Origin: Candidatus Uhrbacteria bacterium GW2011_GWC2_41_11
Lineage (GTDB): Bacteria; Patescibacteriota; Patescibacteriia; UBA9934; GWF2-40-263
Reading direction: 5' to 3'
Length of the DNA stretch: 64,000 bases
NCBI GenBank assembly: GCA_000996355.1
Contig: LCAH01000001.1
Location: 18,482 to 82,481, forward strand
Both the position numbers and the translations under genes were made by a program. How positions within the stretch are numbered: the first letter of the stretch is position 1; each line of letters opens with the position of its first letter. The notes below the pieces were generated by a model that did not search any database, was not told the origin of the DNA, and saw only the letters and a program-made list of their open reading frames with translations. Shown one piece after another: positions 57,715 through 64,000 of the stretch.

Positions 57715-58866
57715 ATGCTAAGAGAGTGCGTTTTTATGTCGCGTTTTTTTGCGTTTTGTCGGCGAGCTGATTGGTTACTCCTCTTGGCTACGGTTGCACT
57801 CGTAAGTTTTGGTTTTTCTGCCATGTATTCGATCACCCTTTCCCAATCCGGAACCGGGGGAGGCTTTCTTCAAAAACAATTGATCGCGTTTGGAATTGGC
57901 ATTATTTTTTTTCTTTTCATGGCTCGTGCCAATTATCGACTTTTGCGCAGTTATAGCATTCTCTTTTATATCGGAGCGTTGCTTAGCCTAATCGGAGTTC
58001 TTTTTTTGGGGATAACGAATCGCGGAACAACCGGCTGGTTTGTAATTGGAAGTTTCCATTTTCAACCAGTGGAATTTGCGAAACTCGCACTCGTCATTTT
58101 ACTCGCGCGTTATTTTAGTGAGCAAACACGAAGACCACTTGGATTGCGAGCGTGTTTGGAAAGTGGTTTTCTTACCTCACTTCTCGTTGGATTCACTCTT
58201 CTTCAACCAGATCTTGGTTCTGCATTATTACTTGTGGGAACCTGGTTTCTTTTGTTGATATTTGTTGGGATAAAAAAACGTTATCTTTTTGGTTTTATAG
58301 GAATTGGAGTGATTATCTGTGCTTTTTCATGGCAATTTCTTCTTGCAGATTTTCAGCGTGCGCGTTTGCGTACCTTTCTAGATCCAGCCGCTGATCCGAG
58401 CGGACAAGGATATAATGTTCGCCAGGCCGTCATTGCGGTGGGAAGCGGACAGTGGTTTGGTCGCGGTCTCGGGTTTGGTTCACAAAGTCAATTGAAATTC
58501 ATTCCTGAAAGTCAGACAGATTTTATTTTTGCTGTCATTGCGGAAGAATTTGGGTTTGTGGGAGTTCTGGTTCTTCTCAGTGCATTTTTTTTGTTATTTC
58601 AACGTCTTTTACATTATGCATCGCTCACATCTGATGATTTTACAAGTGCGCTTTTAATCGGAATTGGTTCTCTGCTTTTTTTGCAATTTCTTGTCAACGT
58701 CGGGATGAATATAGGTCTTTTGCCTGTGACAGGTATTGCATTGCCCTTGGTGAGTTATGGAGGAAGTTCACTTCTGATGACTCTTGCCATGCTGGGAATT
58801 GCCGAAAGTGTTGCGATTCGAATGGCTGGATCGCGTCCACTTTCTTCTTTAGATAAAACATGGTAG
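57715..58866 (+). CDS. SEDS-family peptidoglycan glycosyltransferase (FtsW/RodA)
   Basis: Ten hydrophobic segments, 'QPVEFAKLALVILLAR', 'DPSGQGYNVRQAVIAVGSGQWFGRGLGFGSQ' SEDS signature. Confidence 0.8.
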   Translation: MLRECVFMSRFFAFCRRADWLLLLATVALVSFGFSAMYSITLSQSGTGGGFLQKQLIAFGIGIIFFLFMARANYRLLRSYSILFYIGALLSLIGVLFLGITNRGTTGWFVIGSFHFQPVEFAKLALVILLARYFSEQTRRPLGLRACLESGFLTSLLVGFTLLQPDLGSALLLVGTWFLLLIFVGIKKRYLFGFIGIGVIICAFSWQFLLADFQRARLRTFLDPAADPSGQGYNVRQAVIAVGSGQWFGRGLGFGSQSQLKFIPESQTDFIFAVIAEEFGFVGVLVLLSAFFLLFQRLLHYASLTSDDFTSALLIGIGSLLFLQFLVNVGMNIGLLPVTGIALPLVSYGGSSLLMTLAMLGIAESVAIRMAGSRPLSSLDKTW

Positions 58867-59246
58867 AGTCCAAAGGATTTTTTTGTTTTCGTATGTCTCG
58901 TACATCAAAGGATTCTTCAACGAATTTTTGGCGCGATGGTTTGAAAATCGCGTCTTATTGTCCGTTATGTGAATCTCATTCAAATCCCATGGATACCCGT
59001 GTCATTGGAGAAGATGAAGAAAGCCGTTTATTGTTTATTCGTTGTCATAAGTGTGCAAATTCCATTTTGACCATTGTCCTTATTCATAAGGGGGGAATGA
59101 GTTCTGTAGGACTTGTGACTGATTTAACCTTTGAAGATGTTCTCCGATTTCGTAAAGGACGACGAATATCAACAAATGATGTTTTGGCTATGCATGAATG
59201 GCTTACAAGTAGTCGATTTTCTACGTGGTTGTCATCTCAATCATGA
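58860..59246 (+). CDS. hypothetical zinc-ribbon protein
   Basis: 128 aa with CPLCE...CHKC pair. Overlaps the SEDS gene stop. Confidence 0.4.
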   Translation: MVESKGFFCFRMSRTSKDSSTNFWRDGLKIASYCPLCESHSNPMDTRVIGEDEESRLLFIRCHKCANSILTIVLIHKGGMSSVGLVTDLTFEDVLRFRKGRRISTNDVLAMHEWLTSSRFSTWLSSQS

Positions 59247-59326
59247 TTTTTTGCTTATCTTGACAATTTTGATTCTGTTCGGCACAATGGCGCCACTTAT
59301 TGATAGGTTTTTCCTCTTTTTGATTT

Positions 59327-59992
59327 ATGCAGACAATTACTCTTCAAGCCGTGAAACGAACGCTTTCCGGTCGCAAAACATTTAAACTTCGCAGCCAGGG
59401 ACAAGTTCCAGCTATTTTGTATGGAGTTGGAACAGAACCTGTTTCCATTTCTCTTGATCGTAAAGCGCTCATCAGTGCTTTTCGTGAATCTGGGGAAAGT
59501 ACACTTGTTGATCTTTCGATTGAAAATACATCTCCAATAAAAGTTTTGATTCAGGATTTGCAATACGATCCGCTTCGTCATGAATTGATTCATGCAGATT
59601 TTCGAAGTGTTGATTTGTCAAAAACCGTTCGAGCAGAGATCAAACTCCATTTTGTGGGAGAAGCGCCGGCTGTAAAAGCTCTTGCTGGTATTTTGGTTCA
59701 TGCTGCTGATTCAATTGAGGTTGAGGCCTTTCCACAGGCACTTGTATCATCCATTGATGTTGATATTTCTGTTCTTCAAACATTTGATGATGTGATTCAT
59801 TTGTCTGATATCAAATTTCCAGAAGGAATCAAGCCTGTTGATGAGTTGGAAACAACGATCGCTGTGGTTACTCCACCACGTTCAGAAGCTGAATTGGCTG
59901 ACTTGAATAAGACGGTGGATGTTGATGTAACGGCAGTCGAAGTTGCGAAACGTGAGAAGAAAGAAGAAGAACCGGCAGAAGAAAAGAAATAG
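59327..59992 (+). CDS. rplY: 50S ribosomal protein L25/general stress protein Ctc
   Basis: 'RSQGQVPAILYG' and a two-domain L25/Ctc layout with acidic Lys/Glu tail. Confidence 0.8.
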   Translation: MQTITLQAVKRTLSGRKTFKLRSQGQVPAILYGVGTEPVSISLDRKALISAFRESGESTLVDLSIENTSPIKVLIQDLQYDPLRHELIHADFRSVDLSKTVRAEIKLHFVGEAPAVKALAGILVHAADSIEVEAFPQALVSSIDVDISVLQTFDDVIHLSDIKFPEGIKPVDELETTIAVVTPPRSEAELADLNKTVDVDVTAVEVAKREKKEEEPAEEKK

Positions 59993-60005
59993 ACAAGAAA
60001 TAAAA

Positions 60006-60033
60006 ACGAGGCATATGATATGCCTCGTTTTTT
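60006..60033 (+). terminator. rho-independent terminator (ACGAGGCAT/ATGCCTCGT plus T-run)
   Basis: Perfect 9 bp stem directly after the rplY stop. Confidence 0.65.
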
Positions 60034-60067
60034 GTATTCAGAAACAGATGTTACAATACTCCTACTT

Positions 60068-61186
60068 ATGTCAAACATATTAACGAACCATTCATTTTTT
60101 TCTCGAATTCGTGAGTGGTTTTTTTCTTTTTCAAAACAGACGAAATATTCGATCGCAGCCATTGCCGGCATTGGAATTGTCCTTTGTGGTGTTGCTTTTT
60201 TCTTCATGCAAAAGAATCGTCCTTTGCCGTCTACAAAACAGGAATTTGGTTCTGTTATTTCTCCCCAAACAATGTCTCCTCCTTTGTATCATCATCCGCT
60301 TACAGGTGAAATTTTTGAACAAGAAGTATCTGCACCAGTGGTTTTTGGTGTGATGGTGGAAAATTCAGCAGATTCATGGCCGCAGTCCGGACTGGATGGA
60401 GCATTTCTTGTGATCGAAGCACCTGTGGAGGCTGGTATTCCTCGTTTTTTGGCTTTTTATGATGGTGCAAATGTTTCGGTTAAAAAAATAGGACCTGTTC
60501 GTTCTGCTCGTCCATATTATGTTGATTGGGTTCAGGAATTTGAGGCACTGTATGCACATGTGGGAGGATCAGATGCTGCACTTAATTTGATTTCTTCGAA
60601 TGGAACGCATGATTTAAATGAATTTTGGAATGGACAATTTTTTTGGCGTTCCAGCGATCGAAAGGCTCCACACAATACCTATACCTCTACAGAGCGTCTG
60701 CAACAGGCATTAGAACAAAAAAAACAGACATTCAAAACAGAATATTCTTTCTGGAACTTTAAAGATGATGCTCCAAATCCAACAGAGAAAGGGAAGTCTA
60801 TCATTGTTGATTTTTCCTCTCCTTTATATCGTGTTGTCTGGAATTATGATGAAGAAAAAAATATGTACGCTCGTTTACAAGCAGGGCATATTCATTCGAT
60901 GCAAGATGGAAAGGTGATTGAAGCAAACAATGTTGTCATCGTTGTCACTTCCGTTGAGATTATTGATGCGGTTGGTCGTCGAAAAATTCAAACAATTGGA
61001 GAAGGAGATGCATTTATTTTTCAAGATGGTCGTGAAATAAAAGGAACATGGCGAAAATCTTCTGCGAAAGATCGTCTTCGTTTTTATGATGAAAGCGAAA
61101 CAGAAATTCAATGGAATGCAGGCAAGACTTGGATTGAAGTTGTTCCTTCTTTGGATTCGATTATTTTTGAGAATACATCGTCTTAA
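60068..61186 (+). CDS. DUF3048-like secreted/membrane-anchored protein (YerB-like)
   Basis: N-terminal TM, then 'VFGVMVENSADSWPQSGLDGAFLVIEAPVEAGIPRFLAFY' characteristic of the DUF3048 family. Internal ATG at 60068 avoids overlapping the terminator. Confidence 0.55.
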   Translation: MSNILTNHSFFSRIREWFFSFSKQTKYSIAAIAGIGIVLCGVAFFFMQKNRPLPSTKQEFGSVISPQTMSPPLYHHPLTGEIFEQEVSAPVVFGVMVENSADSWPQSGLDGAFLVIEAPVEAGIPRFLAFYDGANVSVKKIGPVRSARPYYVDWVQEFEALYAHVGGSDAALNLISSNGTHDLNEFWNGQFFWRSSDRKAPHNTYTSTERLQQALEQKKQTFKTEYSFWNFKDDAPNPTEKGKSIIVDFSSPLYRVVWNYDEEKNMYARLQAGHIHSMQDGKVIEANNVVIVVTSVEIIDAVGRRKIQTIGEGDAFIFQDGREIKGTWRKSSAKDRLRFYDESETEIQWNAGKTWIEVVPSLDSIIFENTSS

Positions 61187-62103
61187 AGTTCTGTAACAAC
61201 TACACGATCAAATCCATCCAAATCTTTCAAAATACGCGGTGATGCATTTGGAAAATCATGTTGAATAAGAGGAATAATTCGTCCAATTTGTCCAGGGTCG
61301 ATTTCAATGAGAGTTGTGAGAGAAAGGGGAAGTTCTAAACGAGCACGAAAAATTTGGCGAAAAAATTTCCAATATGCATCGAGTCCATCCATACCTGCTT
61401 CTAATGCTTCGCAAGGTTCGTAATCTCGCATCTCTGATTGAGCTGTCTGCCATTGAAAGGTAGTGAGGTATGGGAGATTTGCACAAAGAATAATATGTTG
61501 TGGAACAGGTTTGTTTGTTTGTGAAATACATTTAAGTACCTCAAGAATAGGTTGTAAAAGATCTCCTTGTTGAAAAACGATATGTGATTCCATCGAGTGT
61601 TGAATCGCGTTTTGAGATGCAAGAGCAAGAGTATTGTTGTTGATATCTGTTGCGATAACAGGGAGTCCACTTTCTGCTGCTAAGGTGACCGCAATAGCTC
61701 CACTGCCTGTTCCAATATCCGCAAACCAAGTTGTGGAAGAGTTTGGTATTTTTGCAATTCGTAATGCTTCTTCTACAAGAGTTTCTGTAGCAGAACGGGG
61801 AATCAGAGTAAAACGATTGACCTGAAACATTCGTTTGTAAAATTCTTTTTCGCCAACAATGTAGGCAACGGGTTCGTGAAGAATGCGTCGTTCGATCATA
61901 CGTTCGAAACGCTCTTGTTCATGCGGTCGCAATTCATGGTCAAAATGTGTAAAAAGCCAAGATTTTGAAACACCTAAGGCAGATGCAAGGAGAACTTCCA
62001 CATCAAGCATAGGAGAATCTAATTGGTGTCCTGTTTCTTCATCTGTATCTCGATGTTCTTTCAGTTTGTGGTTTGCCCATTGAAGCGCTTCCATGACAAT
62101 CAT
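61183..62103 (-). CDS. prmC: release factor glutamine N5-methyltransferase (PrmC/HemK)
   Basis: 'DIGTGSGAIAV' SAM motif and 'NLPY' (NPPY-type) catalytic motif. Confidence 0.8.
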   Translation of the reverse strand: MIVMEALQWANHKLKEHRDTDEETGHQLDSPMLDVEVLLASALGVSKSWLFTHFDHELRPHEQERFERMIERRILHEPVAYIVGEKEFYKRMFQVNRFTLIPRSATETLVEEALRIAKIPNSSTTWFADIGTGSGAIAVTLAAESGLPVIATDINNNTLALASQNAIQHSMESHIVFQQGDLLQPILEVLKCISQTNKPVPQHIILCANLPYLTTFQWQTAQSEMRDYEPCEALEAGMDGLDAYWKFFRQIFRARLELPLSLTTLIEIDPGQIGRIIPLIQHDFPNASPRILKDLDGFDRVVVTEL

Positions 62104-62129
62104 ACGAGATTAGTGTAGCATTTTTTTGT

Positions 62130-62162
62130 GTAAAAAAAGAAAAACCGCAGTGTGAACTGCGG
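62130..62162 (-). terminator. hairpin terminator (CCGCAGT/ACTGCGG) after the metalloprotease gene
   Basis: 7 bp stem. T-run on the minus strand at 62132-62144. Confidence 0.55.
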
Positions 62163-62177
62163 ACTATTTTGTTTTTC

Positions 62178-63407
62178 CTACTGGTGGAAGTAGGGTGACT
62201 GTCTGAGAGCAGCCACTTCTTCCTGAAGGAGAATGGCTTGAGAGACAAACTGAGGACCCCCATTTTCGCACATTAAAGTGGGACGTCCATCATCGGGAAC
62301 ATGCGGAAGACTGAACGCATGCCCCATTTCATGTATAAGTGTACTCAGCCCATACTCATCCTTGAGGATGTTAATGGGAATCATGGCGTGACCACTGAAT
62401 CCGGCTGAGTAATCAACTCCACAGTGTCTTCCAAGTCCGATTGCGTCGGAAAATTTGAAGGATGATGGAACAATGATAATGGACACACCTTGTGCCTCAT
62501 TGTCACAGGTAAGACCAAGCTCTCCTGTGACTCGCCCCCAGACATCCTCCTGGTAATAGGAGGCATTTTTTGTCCCAGTTTTTGTCGAAACTGAGAAATC
62601 AAATGTCCCAATCCCTTTTGATCGGAACCAGTCACGAGCCTGTTCCATTCTTCTTCGTAAAAGATTCAGATCAGGTTGAACGCCACCTTTTGGAATAAAA
62701 TAGACAGTCCGGATGGTTGGAACTATTTTTCCAACTTTTGAGGTTCCTTCATTTACAGGTGGCTCCTTTACGGACTCATCCGGAAAACAGACCGAGAACT
62801 CCCAAGGCAGTGGTGGTGGAGGTTGATAGGAACCAGACAAATCACCCCATCCGCCTCTCCTTATTGATGTTCTTGAAGACTCCTCTCTTTCTCCAGGATA
62901 GTAAGGAGCTCTCATATAAGCGGACTGCTCTGGTGGTCGATCTTCTCGAACCCACTTCGCTTCAAGAGCAGCACGCTCTTTTTTGATTGCTGCAAGTTGG
63001 ATTACGAGTTCTCGGCGTTGCTGGATTTGAGTTCCTGTTCCTGACGCCTTGATTTTGCTTGTAGCGATTAGGGTTTCCTGTTTAGCCCTCAATTGTTTCA
63101 AATCGTGCTGATAAGCTTTGTCGCCTTCGTTGGTAGTGATGATCGTATCGATCGCGGAAAGCTCTTTTTCAGCCGCGCGATATGTATTTTTTGCATTTTT
63201 GCAGGAAATTATCAGTTCATCTGTGGTCGGAAGCGCGGTCAGCGAGGCATTTGCAGTTTGCTCACGTGTTTCGAACACGGCTCGTTGTCGGGCTCGATAC
63301 GCATTTTTTGCCTCCTCTAAAGAGGAAGATTCTTGAGCAGATGTAGTCGTTGCCATCCCAATCATCATTCCTACGAGAAGAATGAGGAAAATTTCCCATT
63401 TTTTCAT
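62178..63407 (-). CDS. secreted zinc metalloprotease (HExxH..H, metzincin-like) with N-terminal coiled coil
   Basis: Signal peptide 'MKKWEIFLILLVGMMIGMATTTSA', coiled-coil region, 'LIHEMGHAFSLPH' zinc-binding motif. Confidence 0.65.
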   Translation of the reverse strand: MKKWEIFLILLVGMMIGMATTTSAQESSSLEEAKNAYRARQRAVFETREQTANASLTALPTTDELIISCKNAKNTYRAAEKELSAIDTIITTNEGDKAYQHDLKQLRAKQETLIATSKIKASGTGTQIQQRRELVIQLAAIKKERAALEAKWVREDRPPEQSAYMRAPYYPGEREESSRTSIRRGGWGDLSGSYQPPPPLPWEFSVCFPDESVKEPPVNEGTSKVGKIVPTIRTVYFIPKGGVQPDLNLLRRRMEQARDWFRSKGIGTFDFSVSTKTGTKNASYYQEDVWGRVTGELGLTCDNEAQGVSIIIVPSSFKFSDAIGLGRHCGVDYSAGFSGHAMIPINILKDEYGLSTLIHEMGHAFSLPHVPDDGRPTLMCENGGPQFVSQAILLQEEVAALRQSPYFHQ

Positions 63408-63517
63408 TTTTTTCTCCTATCTCGAGAATTTCGTGTTTTTCCGCAGATAACCATTTTCTTTGGATTTTCACGAAAAAAAGTAAAAAGAACTCTGTGTGAC
63501 CGAAATTTATCGTATTT

Positions 63518-64000
63518 TTATGTTTTTGTCAAGTATTTATGACAATTATTTTTTGCTAATTCGTATTCCTCTAATGTTCCAACTGGTTGCCAAAACGAAG
63601 CTGTTTCCAGTTTTATGGGACAATCACGACTCATGGCAACAAGTGTATGGGGCAAGCTGTATTCTTTTTGATTATGAACTGTGATTTCCGCTAATGGATA
63701 GCGAAAGAAACGTTCGTCAAGAATATAGGCGCCGCAGACACGTTGTTTGATTTCGTGTGATGGGGCATTGGATTCAAACCCAGCAAACAAACCTGTTTCA
63801 TCTGCAAGCGCGGAAAAGGTAATAGAGTCCTTTGTCGGAGAGACAAGAATAGCAAGAGGATGGGCGATCAATCGTTCAAGATCTTTTTTTGTATAAAGAT
63901 CATCTCCATTGAGAATGAAAAAACGTTCATGCAAATATTGTTTGAGAAGATGAATTGCACTTCCTGTTCCGTCTAATGGATTTTGAACAACATAATGGAT
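63518..64000 (-). CDS. sugar-phosphate nucleotidyltransferase-like protein, 5' end beyond window
   Basis: Frame stays open to the window edge. '..NPLDGTGSAIHLL..FFILNGDDLY' resembles NTP-transferase motifs. Confidence 0.5.
   Translation of the reverse strand: MHYVVQNPLDGTGSAIHLLKQYLHERFFILNGDDLYTKKDLERLIAHPLAILVSPTKDSITFSALADETGLFAGFESNAPSHEIKQRVCGAYILDERFFRYPLAEITVHNQKEYSLPHTLVAMSRDCPIKLETASFWQPVGTLEEYELAKNNCHKYLTKT

Overview
This 64 kb window is low-GC bacterial chromosome with short intergenic gaps and orphan single-copy housekeeping genes. The gene content looks like a reduced-genome (CPR/Patescibacteria-like) organism, but that is an inference. Most of it is core: gyrA, rpmF-nusB-rnc, proS, HU, the rny-ymdB pair, truB, a PilB/GspE ATPase, infB, trxA-trxB, an M19 dipeptidase with murI and tsaC, recG, a MacAB-type efflux triplet, miaB and miaA, gatB, a pyrimidine-dNTP cluster (tmk, dut, thyA, folA, a dCMP-deaminase fusion, dcd), secE-nusG-rplK-rplA, gyrB, a SEDS protein, rplY and prmC. 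I found five tRNAs (Lys-CTT, Arg-TCG, Ser-TGA, Arg-GCG, all read by eye) and many hairpin terminators. The main accessory region is the ~7 kb between tRNA-Ser (20966) and tRNA-Arg (27976). It holds an S66 LD-carboxypeptidase, an Abi_2-like HEPN protein, a small NlpC/P60-like protein, two diverged ~230 bp repeats that carry paralogous minus-strand ORF remnants, a half-MFS fragment, and a two-gene GC-rich membrane operon preceded by an unusual palindromic control region. Further GC-rich inserts sit at 3689-4162 and 40949-42206. No CRISPR array, rRNA or transposase was seen. All assignments come from reading the translations and sequence by eye; no searches were run.
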